Assembly: GCA_951406725.2 (NCBI GenBank) | Contig: OX597815.1 | Coordinates: 9,796,001-9,860,000, forward strand | Reading direction: 5' to 3' | Source of the DNA: Octopus vulgaris | Taxonomy: Eukaryota | Length of the DNA stretch: 64,000 nt | In this document: piece after piece, positions 14,124 through 28,851 of the stretch | How the letters are laid out: the number at the start of each line of letters is the position of its first letter | Numbering within the stretch: the first letter of the stretch is position 1 | Made by a program: the position numbers and the translations under genes | The notes under the pieces: generated by a model | What the model was told of the DNA's origin: nothing | The model's input: only the letters and a program-made list of their open reading frames with translations | Database searches by the model: none

Positions 14124-15235
14124 TGCCCCAGCATGGCCAGAGCCCAGTGACAGAGGCAAGTAAAAGAGTAAAAGAGCAAAAGAAAGCCATATATTATTTA
14201 ATTGTATTGGTCCTTGGAGGAAAAACAAATACAACGACTGTACCAGTGAGATTTGAACCTAGGCCGCAGCTGAATAAACTCAGATGTAGTATCAGATCGA
14301 GTACCGCTTTACCATTTCTGCCAACTCACCATGATACCAGGCTGGTGCCCCAGCATGGCCAGAATCCAGTGACAGAAGCAAGTAAAATAGTAAAAGAGCA
14401 AAAGAAAGCCATGTGTTATTTAATTGTATTGGTCCTTGGAGGAAAAACAAATACAACGACTGTACCAGTGAGATTTGAACCTAGGCCGCAGCTGAATAAA
14501 CTCAGATGTAGTATCACATCGAGTACCGCTTTACCATTTCTGCCAACTCACCATGATACCAGGCTGGTGCCCCAGCATGGCCAGAATCCAGTGACAGAGG
14601 CAAGTAAAAGAGTAAAAGAGCAAAAGAAAGCCATGTGTTATTTAATTGTATTGGTCCTTGGAGGAAAAACAAATACAACGACTGTACCAGTGAGGTTTGG
14701 ACCTAGGCCGCAGCTGAATAAACTCAGATGTAGTATCACATCGAGTACCGCTTTACCATTTCTGCCAACTCACCATGATACCAGGCTGGTGCCCCAGCAT
14801 GGCCAGAGTCCAGTGACAGAGGCAAGTAAAAGAGTAAAAGAGCAAAAGAAAGCCATATGTTATTTAATTGTATTGGTCCCTTGGAGGAAAAACAAATACA
14901 ACGACTGTACCAGCGAGGTTTGAACCTAGGCCGCAGCTGAATAAACTCAGATGTAGTATCACATCGAGTACCGCTTTACCATTTCTGCCAACTCACCAAT
15001 GATACCAGGCTGGTGCCCCAGCATGGCCAGAATCCAGTGACAGAAGCAAGTAAAAGAGTAAAAGAGCAAAAGAAAGCCATATGTTATTTAATTGTATTGG
15101 TCCCTTGGAGGAAAAACAAATACAACGACTGTACCAGTGAGGTTTGAACCTAGGCCGCAGCTGAATAAACTCAGATGTAGTATCACATCGAGTACCGCTT
15201 TACCATTTCTGCCAACTCACCAATGATACCAGGCT
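14124..15235. repeat. Five-copy 222-224-bp tandem repeat built from SINE pieces
   Basis: tgccccagcatggcc recurs at 14124, 14346, 14568, 14790 and 15014. The unit is a SINE 3' tail (+) plus a decayed antisense SINE head (gatttgaacc; tttctgccaactcacc). Confidence 0.9.
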
Positions 15236-17444
15236 AGAAATCAATATTCGTAGTTTTATAGTTGAAGTAGAGACACTGTAATAGACATATTGACTGTCGG
15301 ACAATGGTACAATACACGCAGCATATGCACAAACAGTACAGAGCGTATACACATATACACGCAATATATACATTATGTATAGCCACAACGCACACACAAC
15401 ACCACATCTACTACATAACCAACACACACACACACACACAAATCATTGCATTCACACAACTATATACACACTACACACTCATTACGCATACACAATATAC
15501 AGAGCACATAACTACACATACACATCGTGCATATACTAAACACACAAATTATACACATTACGCAAAATACACACCACATATACAGATCGCATACAACATA
15601 TCTATCACAAAGAGAGGCACAAACGTATACACACACACACATACTTAACAGATACACACATTATATATATATACACGCGACATGAAAGTCACCATATGTT
15701 ACAGTAAAGAAAAATTTTTTTTCATAAAATCTCAAAACACTATCCATCTTAGACATCATCATCATCGTCATCATCGTTATCATTCATCAGCATCATCCCT
15801 CACCACCATGATACTCATCATCATCATCATTATCATCAACATCATCATCACTACCACACTTCAAATAGACTGATAACGAAGATGAAATATGAAAATAGTA
15901 GATTGTGAAGGTGATGATGACGTTGATGATGATGGTGATGATTAAAACGATGGTGTTGATGGTGGTGAAGATGATGACAATGATGATGATGATGACGATG
16001 GTGATGGTGATAAAGGATACTATCTTGTTGTTATGTGTTTTTTTTTTGTTTTTTTTTCTTTTACTTGTTTCAGTCATTTGACTGCGGCCATGCTGGAGCA
16101 CCGCCTTTAATCGAGCAACTCGACCCCGGGACTTATTCTTTTTGTAAGCCCAGTACTTATTCTATCGGTCTCTTTTGCCGAACCGCTAAATAACGGGGAC
16201 ATAAACACACCAGCATCGGTTGTCAAGCAATGCTAGGGGGACAAACACAGACACACAAACACACACACACACATACACATATATACAACAGGCTTCTTTC
16301 AGTTTCCGTCTACCAAATCCACTCACAAGGCATTGGTCGGCCCGGGGCTATAGCAGAAGACACTTGCCCAAGGTGCCACGCAGTGGGACTGAACCCAGAA
16401 CCATGTGGTTGGTTAGCAAGCTACCAATTTTATATTTCATGTTTCTTACTATTTAAAAACTGATGATCATGACGTTGATAAACACACACAGATCTTGTTT
16501 TGGAGCCGTTCACATGAGGATTATGATAACAAAACACACACACACACACACAAATACATCCATATATCTGAACATATTCTATTGTAGCAAACTATTAGAG
16601 GTATGACAGATCGCTAATTGTAGATATTTTATTCAACACTCAGTTACTTCTGTTGCTACGTTGCATTAATAATTTCGATGATGATAAAGAAGATTTTATA
16701 AGGCCATCAGTTTTGCTGAGAGGAGGTTAGCTTATTCTGTTGACCCCACTACATAATTTTATCAAGCCTGGAAAGATGAAATGCAAACTTGATCTCAGCA
16801 GACTTTAACCCTACAGTGTTCACATTATTCTGCCAAAATTAATGCTTTTTTATCCAAATTCATCATCATCACCATCATCATCGTTTAACATCCGCTTTCC
16901 ATGCTAGCATGGGTTGAACAATTTTGACTGAGGGCTGGCAAACCAGATGGTTGCACCAGGCTCCAATCTTGATCTGGCAGAGTTTCAACAGCTGGATGCC
17001 CTTCCTAATGTCAACCACTCCGAGAGTGTAGTGGGTGCTTTTACGTGCCACCGGCACGGGGGCCAGTCGGGCGGTACTGGCAATGACCTCGCTCGAATCT
17101 TTTTACACATGCCACCGGCACAGGTGCCAGTAAGGCGACATTGGTAATGATCACGCTCAAATGGTGTCCTTTTACGTGCCACAGCACGTTTTTTAACTAA
17201 TTATGCATTATCTTGTAGCGATGAGATTTTGATGAGGTAGCTGTTAATTTTAAAAACTATATTGTAGGGTTGGTCTGAGAGGCCAGATCCGGCCAGTTTG
17301 ACCATAAAACAGGCAGAATACTTTTGGCCAGATATGACCGGTTTAAATGCTAAAGGGTTAAACTAAGAACATGGAAATCCAGAAGAAATACTCCAAGACA
17401 TTTTGTCCCATGCTCTAATAATTCAATCAATTCACCATAAGGCC

Positions 17445-17770
17445 TGAAATTTAGTGGTACTTTAGTGGAAATTTAGAAGTACTTTAGTGGAGATTTAGTG
17501 GTACTTTGGTGGAAATTTAGGGGTACTTTAGTGGAAATTTAGTGGTACTTTAGTGGAAATTTAGTGGAAATCTAGTGGTACTTTGGTGGAAATTTAGTGG
17601 TACTTTAGTGGAAATTTAGTGGTACTTTGGTGGGAATTTAGAGGTACTTTGGTGGAAATTTAGAAGTACTTTAGTTGAATTTTAGTGGAAATTTAGTGGT
17701 ACTTTAGTAGAAATTTAGAAGTACTTTGGTGGAAATTTAGTGGTACTTTAGTGAAAATTTAGTGGTACTA
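17445..17770. repeat. ~22-bp minisatellite (gaaatttagtggtactttagtg)
   Basis: About 15 imperfect copies with 11-bp sub-periodicity. Confidence 0.9.
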
Positions 17771-18147
17771 ATACTTTATTTTATCAACCCTGGACTTATG
17801 AAAGGCAAATCTGGCCTCCAGTATTCAAGCATGTTGTGCACAACCCACACTAAATAAACTCCACACAATCACTAACACAACAACAGAACCCACACAGCAC
17901 CCTCTGTACGTGGGTATCAGCCAATGAAATAACAAAACACACAGCCTTGCATAATCAACACTGAATAACACGATACGTCTCATGCAACAGCAACAACAAC
18001 AATTCCTATACACAATTGCCTCATAATATTACCCAAATCGCACAGCACTTACATGTGATAATCACCCTCTGAGACTATAGCAAATGTCAAAAGGTTGCAA
18101 ATTGTCGGCCAGATGTGTTTAATTTACTTCCCTTGAGGCCAATAAGG

Positions 18148-18185
<38 letters not shown>

Positions 18186-19376
18186 GTCAGCAGCAGCAGC
18201 AGCAGCAGCAGGAGTGTCATTATCGTTATCACCAACACAACCTCTTTTATAAAACAGAGGAATTGATCCTGCAGGAATGGTTGATTTTCAGACTGAATAA
18301 ATTATTTGCATTTAATTTTTTAAGATGTCTCGTGGTCAGACACCAGTTTCAGATGTTGGTAACTGTTAGCCAAGTCCACTGTATTGGAACTAGAATTACT
18401 AGTACGATGTTAAACCAAGACTCATACTTCCTTTTAGCCATTCTTCCAGCTGGTTTCAGAGAACTAGCAAAAAAAATCCATCATTGTAGCCTCACCTCTT
18501 CATAAACAAAAATTCTAAGTTCAGATCCTGTCAGAGATGTCTGAGACCTTCACCTCCTATTCATATAGAAAACAGCAATACTGAGGTTGGTTCCCTAAAT
18601 TCAATGAGGCTGAAACAGTCTATGGCAGTGAATTGAGCCAGTAGTCCTGGGATTGATACATTCAACTGTATCAGCCATCATCTATGAAAACTTAACCTAT
18701 TTAGTCAAAAGAAAATTCTTCAGAAAACCTACAAAAGTATGTAAACAGTAGACTGTGTGACATTTCTATAGAAACATTTCCTTGGAAATGGAAAGCCAAC
18801 AACTTTTGACAGCCACAGTGTGTTGAGAAGCCTGAAAACACAATATTGCAGCGCCAAGTCTTTTGTTTTTATGGGACATTCAAGAATTCAATGATATCGA
18901 AGAACTAGTTTGAACTAGTTAAGGAACAATTTACTCTAAATAGCAGCTATGCTGTGAAAGTGATAATTAACTGACAACCAGCCATAGTTACTACAGAAAT
19001 AAGCTTTTGTTGGAAAGAACAACCATCCTATATTTTTCTGCAAAGTAGAGTTGAGTTGAGTGAGGTGGAAGGGAACATTAATAAATGGAATCAAATTATT
19101 GTCCCAAAATAACAGAATCAACATCAGAACTTGGAAATCAAAAATACTATTATTAGATTATATCAAAAATTTCTAGAATTTAAATAATTTTTTTGTTCTT
19201 TTTTTTTTTTTTTCTTTTTTGAAGAAAGTGGTGGTGATGGTTGTAGTGGTAGTGGTGATGTTGTGGTAGAATGGAGGGGAAGGGAAGCAGTGAGGAGGGG
19301 GAAGTAAAAGTTCTGCAGATCAAACAAAATTGAAAGGTGATGAAAGTTGACTGTTCTTAACAATTTCAGGAAAATT

Positions 19377-19427
<51 letters not shown>

Positions 19428-20027
19428 CACACACACATGCACACACACACTGATACATATATGATGTAATATATATATAAACAGAGAGAGAAAGAAGAGA
19501 GAAATAAATGCATATATATAAATAAATATATTTATATAGGTGGCACATAAAAAGCACCATTTGGGCGTGGCCGTTGCCAGTACCACCAAACTGGCCCTTG
19601 TGCCAGTGGCACATAAAAGCACCCACTGCACTCTCAAAGTGGTTGGCGTTAGGAAGGGCATCCAGCTGTAGAAACTCTGCCAGATCAGATTGGAGTCTGA
19701 TTCACCAGACCTCAGTCAAATCGTCCAACCCATGCTAGCATGGAAAGCGGACATTAAATGATGATGATGATGATGATGAATATGAGATATGCACATATAT
19801 ACACAAGGGTACTACATGAGTACCTGTATTGCTAAAGATAGAAGTCAAAGAGCACTTCTGTACCACCGAATAGTCACAAATCTATTACAGACATCTTTAG
19901 CGACATAGGTATTCATATAGTACCCTTGTGTATCATCATCATCATCATCATCATCGTTTAGCGTCCGTTTTCCATGCTAGCATGGGTTGGACCGTGTATA
20001 TATGTACATATCTAATATTGTATGTAT

Positions 20028-20058
<31 letters not shown>

Positions 20059-20340
20059 TAGCGATATAGGTACTCATGTAGTACCCTTGTGTATATATGT
20101 ACATATCTAATATTGTATGAATATATTTTATCAATTTGCCTGTACAGCTGATAATTCACTTGCCATTCGTGATGGTATTTTAATAATACCATTCCTATAT
20201 TTATATATATACATATATATATATATAAGTGTGGTTTTGTGGTCAAGAAGTTTGCTTCCCTACCACTTAGCCACACACCTTCATGAAAGGTGGACATTAA
20301 AATGATGATAATGATATATTTATCAACCTATCTATATAAA

Positions 20341-20372
<32 letters not shown>

Positions 20373-23030
20373 TATATGTGTGTGTGTGTGTGCCTTTATA
20401 TATATGTGTGTGTGTGTTTGTTTTTAATGAAACATGAATAAAAGAAAAGCTGTGCCCCAAATATATATGAACATAAAATTGCATTATCTCTCTCTCTCTC
20501 TCTCTTTGTATATATATATATTTTTTTTCTTTATTTGTGTATTAAGGTTACCATTGGTTTCATGAACAAATTTTCAAGCCAGTCACATGACAGAATGGTG
20601 TTCATCTCCATTACCATTCCTCCATGTGATCGGCTTGAAAAATTGTTAGGGTATTATGATATTTTTATTGACATGAAACCAATGGTAGCCTTAATATACA
20701 AATAAAAAAATTTTATTCCACAAATGCAGTATTGAGCACTGATTCTCATTGTTCAACATTTACACATGCATGCATACATACATACATACATACATACATA
20801 CTCTTACTCTTTTCTCTTTTACTTGTTTCAGTCATTTGACTGTGGCCATGCTGTAGCACCACCTTTAGTCGAGCAAATCGACCCCAGGACTAATTCTTTG
20901 TAAGCCTAGTACTTGTTCTATCAGTCTATTTTGCCAAACTGCTAAGATACAGGGACATAAGCACACCAGCATCAGTTGTCAAGCAATGTTGGGGGGGGGA
21001 CTAACACAGACATACAAACATATACATATACATACATACGACGGGCTTCTTTCAGTTTACGTCTACCAAATCCACTCACAAGGCTTTGGTCAGCCCGAGG
21101 ATATAGTAGAAGACACTTGCCCAAGGTGCCATGCAGTGGGACTGAACCCGGAACCATGTAGCTCGTAAGCAAGCTACTTACCACACAGCCACTCCTACGC
21201 CTCCTACACACATATATACATACAAACAAACAAGAAAAGTTTGGTTTTCTGCTATTTAATTTAATGTGTCAATGTTGTCAGGCATTGACTGCTCAGAACA
21301 AATAGCTTTTGCATAATGGTTACTAGATTTGACTGGTTTGAATGCTAAAATAGTTAAATGCTAAAGAAAAAGGGTTACATGAAACATGTCGCATACAATT
21401 CCATATTAAAACTATAGAAAAGATAAATTTTACTTAAATTTAACAATTTTAAATCTGTCTCTATAGGAAAAAATGGACAATAGAAGCATTTAAACATTTC
21501 AAAAGTATAGTAATGGACACAGATAAGTGGTAAAATAAACCAGTGTGTGTGTTGGAGACGGTGGGTAGATGTATAGTGTTTCTTTGAAGCACAATGTGCA
21601 TGCATGTATGTGTGTGTAAGTGCATGTATGTGTATATGTATGCAGCTGTGTGTCTGAGAGATTGTGGTGTGTCTGAGAGATTGTGGTGTGTGTATATGTG
21701 TGTATGCATGTGTGTGAGTGTATATGTGTATGTGTGGGTGTTATAAATCATTGTTAATAATCCTGTTGCAGATTAATGCTCTTCCGTATTGGGAATCTGT
21801 TGGGACAAAAAACAAATTGGACAAACACAAAGAAACGAGTGAAAGCCGTTGTTATGTTTTGAATATTAAAAGGAAATAAATGATGTAATTATTGTCAGAT
21901 TAAGCAAACACAGAAATATCTAACAGTATTTGGAGCCATGTTGACAGGAGATACACAATTAGAGTGAATAAACAAGAGACGTATTACTTCAAATTGTTTC
22001 ATTGTGCCAGAAACGTGGCTTGCTGGAACCACCATTATAATAGTTTTATAGCTGTTAACTCTATAGGGGGGGAGGGACAAACGTTGTTGTCATCATCATT
22101 TTTTTAATCATTCTTTTACCATTTTTTTTTGTTTCGGTCATTGAACTTGGGCACTGACTTGAAGGGTTTAGTTGGACAAATTAAACCCAGTATTTATTTT
22201 TAGAGTCTAATACTTACACTGTTTGTCTATTCTGCTGGACTGCAAAGATACAAAGATACAAGCAAACGAACACCAGCTGTCAAGTGGTGGCAGGTGGGTG
22301 AGTGGACAAACAGACACACAGACACACATACAAAGCGCTTCCACAGTTTCATCATCATCATCATTGTTTAACATCCGTTTTCCATGCTAACATGGGTTGG
22401 ACGGTTCGACCGGGGTCTGGGAAACCATGGAGGCTGCACCAGGCTCCAGTCTGATCTGGCAGGGTTTCTACAGTTGGATGCCCTTCCTAGCGCCAACCAC
22501 TCCGTGAGTGTAGTGGGTGCTTTTTGCGTGCCACTGGCACAGGTGCCAGGCAAGGCTGGCAATGGCCATGATCGGTTGGTGCTTTTTACGTGCCACCGGC
22601 ACAGGTGCCAGGCAAGGCTGGCAATGGCCACGATTGGTTGGTGCTTTTTACGTGCCACTGGCACAGAAGCCAGTCAAGGCGGCACTGGCATCAGCCACAT
22701 TCGGATGGTGCTTTTCAGCACAGGTATCACAACTACAATTTCCATTTGATTTTTTGATGTTGATGTACTTGACTCAATTGGTCTCCTCTAGCACAGGGTA
22801 GGTCTCCTTCACTTACAAGGCATTGGTTGGCCTAGGGCTATAGTAGAAGACACTTGCCTAAGGTATCATGCAGCCGGACTGATTCCAAAACCACATGGTT
22901 GCAAAATAGCCTTCTTTATCCCACAACCATTATCATTACAAAACTCTGGGCATATTGGTCAGTCATGGCTAAAGTGCCATTTATTACAGGTCTACTTCAT
23001 TAAAGGTGATCTAGAACTAAATGAAAGCAA

Positions 23031-23073
<43 letters not shown>

Positions 23074-23264
23074 TCAGTAAATGGTGGGGTTATGTTAACT
23101 GCATGTGGAGAAATGATAGGAGAGGAAAAATTATAAGGCAGAATGCTAAATTGAAAATAAATTTTAATAAAAATGGGTGTATGGAAAATTAAAGAAAAAA
23201 TAATAAATCAAACTGGTTTTCATTGCAAAGCAAATTTTCATATATATATATATATAGATATATA

Positions 23265-24142
23265 TGAGGGAGTACCCAAAAGTAAATGGAAATGTCCTCT
23301 GTGAGACAAGCTCATTGTAGTTCAGGCTTCCACTGTTAGAAGCCACTTGATGGGTCCCTCCGGCAGCAATCTGCTGACTGGCAGCAACAACTGAAATCAT
23401 ACTGCCACTGTTTTGCAGTGCTTCTCCCGTGTTTGTCAATTTTTGTGATGGTTAAAATGAAGGCACAGTGTGTTCCCGTGAAATTCTGTTTTTTCTGCTG
23501 GGGGAAATGGCAGCCAAACCAGTTTTGCTGCCCTGAGTAAAAAACAAAAGTTTATGAGTGGTTTCCACACTTTAGGAATGGTCATTTGTCGCTTGAAGAC
23601 CAACTTTGTTCTGGACAACCATTGACATCCTGGACAAAGTCAAACATCACAAAAGTTCATGAACTGATTTTGGAGGGCTGTTGTTGAACAATTGGTGAAC
23701 TTGCTGATATGACGGGTTGGTGTGTCCTGGAGCTCCGGCCAAGGAATTTTGAGTGAGGAATTGCAAATGAAAAGAATTGCAGCAAAATTTGTGCCTCACT
23801 CACTGATGGAAGATCAAAAACAGTCACGACAGAATACATGTTGTGAACTGAAACAACAGTTGGAAGTCGATCCAGAGCTCTTTTTGAAGGTCATCACTGG
23901 TGATGAAAGCTGGTGCTATGGGATTTGCAGATGTGGAAAAGATGAAGAAAAAAATGATGGAGACGTTAAACGACATCACTTCACACAAGTTCCAGCACTG
24001 CTTCAAATAATGGAAAACGCACCTGGGCCGAAGCATTGCTTCAAATAGGGAATACTTTGAAGGGGATAAAAATATAAACATGTAAAACTAAGTGAATAAA
24101 ATAATCATTGCAAAATTCCAGTTTCTTTCGGGTACCCCTTTG
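23265..24142 (+). mobile_element. Internally deleted mariner of a second subfamily
   Basis: TA-flanked imperfect TIRs tgagggagtacccaaaagtaaatggaa / ttccagtttctttcgggtacccctttg. The remnant KFVPHSLMEDQKQSR...KVITGDESWCYG joins directly to the C-terminus (EYFEGDK), so the catalytic middle is deleted. Confidence 0.85.
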
Positions 24143-24839
24143 TATGTATGTATGTATATATATATATAAATATGTATACGCACACATTAAGAAGCTCAAC
24201 TTTTAGCCTTTAATGCTGAAAGGACTTATAAATCACCCTGTGTTGCATGTGTGTGTGTATGTGTGAGAAAGCAAAAATACATTTGACGAGAGTGCTTTTT
24301 GACAGAAATACATTAAAATATGACACTATCAAAGAAGCAGAAATAGCATGTTTATAAAAAAAGAAACTTCAACCAAGAATTTACAGCCAAAAGTAAAAGA
24401 ACTACAATAAAGGCAATGGAGTAACATTTAGAAACCTATTTGAATGGTAACACAGAACTAAGATTGTAACACTAAACAGATTCATTAATTATGTAATACA
24501 ACAGAGATAAATGCATCTTTTAAAATATGACATTGATGAGGTCATAGTTAGCAATTTAAGGACTTTGACAAACAAACAACCAATTCATTGTTTAACTAAC
24601 ACATTAAACAAATTGATCAACTAATTAGTTAGTTAGACATTTAACCAACTGACTAACAAAGAAGTGAAACTGAACCAGTACATGTGTTTGTTATTATTGG
24701 CATAATGACCCTCTCAAGACACAAGTTTACACAGAGCTTCAGTCCAACAACCAAATAATGTAAAATATTGGTACGGCAGCAATGGGAATATAGGTGTAGC
24801 CTGGATGAGGAATGCCATAGCAAGTGAGGGATAAAGTTT

Positions 24840-25146
24840 TGCACCTAGAAAGTTCCCCTCCAAAGCACAAGTCTGGGCAAGGTTGTTTATGTAAGACCAG
24901 CAGTCGCCCATGCATACCAGCCTCCCTTCTCGATGCCACTGATGTTACCCAAGGGAAAGGCAAAGGGGCCGATAAAGCTTGGCACCAGTGACGTCACAAC
25001 TCATTTTGTACAGGTGAGTGAACTGAAGCAACATGAAAAAAAAAGTGTTTTATTCAATAACACAACACACAGCCTGATCTGGGAATTGAACTCACTACGT
25101 CATGATTGTGAGCCTGAAGCTCTAACCATTGAGCCATGTGCCCTTA
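24840..25146 (-). mobile_element. tRNA-derived SINE family 3
   Basis: Head catggctcaatggttagagc...gagttcaattccc, followed by a cttgagcaagacactttatttcac-type domain. Relatives: 4315-5205 (split), 9745-13105 (split twice), 30726-31022. Confidence 0.75.
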
Positions 25147-26244
25147 GTAAAGGAATAGATATATTTAAAAATCTCAAATTTGTTCGATATTATCACATTG
25201 TGATCGCATACTTTGAGTATTTGAATTGTGCTTGTACTCCACTCAGGCATATACTCTTTTACTCTTTTACTTGTTTCAGTCATTTGACTGCGGCCATGCT
25301 GGAGCACCGCCTTTAGTCAAGCAAATCGACCCCGGAACTTATTCTTTTGTAAGCCCAGTACTTATTCTATCGGTCAAATTGATGTTTGATATTGTTAAAC
25401 AAGTATTTGCAAGGGGAACTTCACATCTGACATAGACAGTAACACTAAAAGAAAAACATCATCATCATCATCATCATCGACATCATCATTTAACGTCTGC
25501 TTTCCATGCTGGCATGGGTTGGACGATTTTGACTGAGGACTGGCGAACCAGGTGGCTGCACCAGACTCCAATCTTGATCTGGCAGAGTTTCTACAGCTGG
25601 ATGACCTTCCTAATGCCAACCACTCCAAGAGCGTAGTGGGTGCTTTTACGTGCCACAGGCACAAGGGCCAGTCAGGCAGTACTATTAAAATACTAAGGCG
25701 GCGAGCTGGCAGAGTCGTTAGCACGCCGGGCGATATGCTTAGCGGTATTTCGTTTGTCGAAACGTTGTGAGTTCAAATTCCGCCGAGGTCGACTTTGCCT
25801 TTCATCCTTTCGGGATCGATAAATTTAGTACCAGTTACGCACTGGGGTCGATGTAATCAACTTAATACCTATGTCTGTCCTTGTTTGTCCCCTCTATGTT
25901 TAGCCCCTTGTGGGTAATAAAGAAATAGGTACTATTAAAATTTAAGATTTACATCCTTCCCTTCCCTAGCATGCATCCTTTTCTGTCTGGCATGTGACAC
26001 ATGGTGCAAAGATCAGGTTAAACAATTAGGGGAGAGTGGGGCAAGGTCTGTAAAAACTTACAATAAATCTTTTGGGAAGGCTGTTTAGAAACAACACAGC
26101 TTTATCCTCAAAGAAGTTACATTTTTCCTCTTTATTCCAAACAGGAGAAGGTCCAACATATATATTTATAGGAAGAATTCATGAAAAAAACATAAGACGA
26201 AGACAGGTGGTATAGAAAACAAATAGATGTATTAGTATAACGCT

Positions 26245-26292
<48 letters not shown>

Positions 26293-26464
26293 AGGCGCAG
26301 GAGTGGCTGTGTGGTAAGTAGCTTCTTTACCAACCACATGGTTCCGGGTTCAGTCCCACTGCGTAGCACCTTGGGCAAGTGTCTTCTGCTATAGCCTCGG
26401 GCCGACCAAAGCCTTGTGAGTGGATTTGGTAGACGGAAACTGAAAGAAGCCTGTCGTATATATG

Positions 26465-26495
<31 letters not shown>

Positions 26496-26715
26496 ATATG
26501 TTTGTGTGACTGTGTTTGTCCCCCTAGCATTGCTTGACAACCGATGCTGGTGTGTTTACGTCCCCGTCACTTAGCGGTTCGGCAAAAAGAGACTGATAGA
26601 ATAAGTACTGGGCTTACAAAAGAATAAGTCCCGGGGTCGAGCTGCTCGATTGAAGGCGGTGCTCCAGCATGGCCGCAGTCAAATGACTGAAACAAGTAAA
26701 AGAGAGTAAAAAGAG
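26293..26715 (+). mobile_element. tRNA-derived SINE family 1 (internal (TA)n(TG)n, tail gtaaaagag)
   Basis: A box TGGCTGTGTGG, B box GGTTCAGTCCC. Other copies: 175-574(-), 891-1973(+, split), 2351-2781(-), 13365-13720(-), 16056-16425(-), 20800-21202(-), 25252-25375(-), 31165-31720(-, split), 34585-35038(-), 39485-39888(-), 48420-48840(+), 48855-49238(-), 57513-57600(-), 58333-58748(+). Confidence 0.9.
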
Positions 26716-27569
26716 TATATATATATATACATATATATATATACATACACACACACACACACACACACACATACATACGAATGAGAACAAGAAGAAAATG
26801 GAGAAACTGACATGTAGACATCAGTTTATTTAAAGATATTCAAATGCACTGGAATTTCATTATATGGATTTTGAATATCTTTAAATAAACTGATGTCTAC
26901 ATGTCAGTTTCTCCATTTTCTTCTTTTTCTCATACATAAATATTTTAAATATTTTAAATACTTATATATATATATACAGTATATATATATATATAGTATA
27001 TATGTATATCAATGCAAAATTAATGTATTTAGTCTTCACTGAACATTGGTATAAACTGGAGAACTAAGATGCTAGTATCCTTTAAAGGGTTATAGGCCCT
27101 TGATACAATTATACATATATACATTATACACGACTGGCCAATTATACATATATACATTATACACGACTGGCCAATTATACATATATACATTATACACGAC
27201 TGGCCTCGTGCCGGTGGCACGTAAAAAGCACCATCCGTTCGTGTCCATTGCCAGCCTCACCTGGCCCCGTGCCGGTGGCACATAAAAAGCACCATCTGTT
27301 CGTGGCCGTTTGCCAGCTCTGTCTGGCACCTGTGCGGGTGGCACGTAAAAAGCACCCACTACACTCACAGAGTGGTTGGCATTAGGAAGGGCATCCAGCT
27401 GTAGAAACTCTGCCAGATCTGACTGGGCCTGATGAAGCCTTCTGGCTTCACAGACCCCAGTTGAACCGTCCAACCCATGCTAGCATGGAAAACGGACGCT
27501 AAACGATGATGATGATGATGATGATACATATATACACATATACATGTATATACATCTATATCTATATAC

Positions 27570-27600
<31 letters not shown>

Positions 27601-27636
27601 AATATATATACATTTTATATACACACATATATATAT

Positions 27637-27671
<35 letters not shown>

Positions 27672-27865
27672 CAGGGGGAGAGTTCACAAAAAAAAACAAA
27701 AGACGAAGACAGGTGGTGTACAAAACAAACAGATGTATTAGTATAACGCTCAAGAATTGAAAAAGTATTTTACGTTTCAAGCCTATGCTCTTCTACAGAA
27801 AGGGACAGAAAAAAAACAAGGAGGGAAAAAAGGAGAGAACAAAAATGTATGTAGTGGCTATCGAT
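27672..27865 (-). mobile_element. Penelope-like pseudo-LTR fragment (a truncated relative is at ~26168-26246)
   Basis: Flanked by TA-rich microsatellites and carries a hammerhead variant. Shares aagacgaagacaggtggt...gatgtattagtataacgctca with 26195-26246. Confidence 0.55.
27767..27802 (-). ncRNA. Hammerhead variant with A6U core change (possibly inactive)
   Basis: Minus strand CUUU CUGUAGA A GAGC AUAG GCUU GAAA CG UA AAAU; same architecture as 41274 and 31499. Confidence 0.5.
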
Positions 27866-28815
27866 ACATATATACACACATATATACATACAATTATACA
27901 TATATATATATACATATATATATATACATATATACATTTACATCATGATCATCATCGTTTAATGTCTGCTTTCCATGCTAGCATGGGTTGGACAATTTGA
28001 CTGAGAGCTGATGAACCAAATGGCTGCACCAGGCTCCAGTCTTGATCTGGCAGAGTCTCTACAGCTGGATGCCCTTCCTAATGCTAACCACTCTAAGGGT
28101 GTAGTGGGTGCTTTTACGTGCCACTGGCACGGGGGCCAGTAAGGCGATGTTGGTAACGATCACAGTCAAATGGTGCCTATTACATGCCACCAGCACAGAA
28201 GCCAGATAGCCGCTCTGGCAACGATGACACTCGTATGGTGCTCTTTGCACCCTGCTAGCACGGACGCCAGTCATCGAATTTGATTTTGATTTTAATTTTG
28301 ATTTCACTTGCCTCAACAGGTCTTCGCAAGCAGAGTTTAGTGTCCAAAGAAGGAAAAGGTATGCACAAGTGGGCAGGTTACGGCCCCTGGCATAGGCCAC
28401 AGGTTATGGTCTCATTTGGCTTGCCGGGTCTTCTCACGCACGGCATATTTCCAAAAGTCTCAGTCACAAGTCATTTCCTTGATGAGGCCTATATACATAT
28501 ATACACACATATATATATATATATACATATATACGTATACATATATATATATACAGATATACATATACATATGTACATATCATACATAGATATGTTCATA
28601 CATACATGTATGTATGTATCTGTTGAGATCTACCTCTCAGTTTTTAACTACTAAATCGATTTTCACTCCCAAATCTTCAGTCAAACTAAGGCTGTGGCAA
28701 GAGGGTTTTTGCTCATAGGGTGGCATGGTAGGAGTGAACCAGAAATCATGAGATTCCAAGAAGAACATTTTAAACATATGCCATGTTGGCATTCAATATT
28801 TTGTAACAAGACCGT

Positions 28816-28851
<36 letters not shown>

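Noticed and set aside
14093-14923. 276-aa repeat ORF as a gene
   Set aside because: By-product of a 222-bp SINE-derived tandem repeat.
27428-27455. CTGATGA plus hairpin in the RTE UTR (also 61218) as a hammerhead
   Set aside because: The hairpin is followed by TCAC, not GAAA, and there is no stem I/III.
28645-28686. Minus-strand CUGAAGA...GAAA with AAUCGAUU palindrome
   Set aside because: No stem I or II; lies in a decayed SINE-1.
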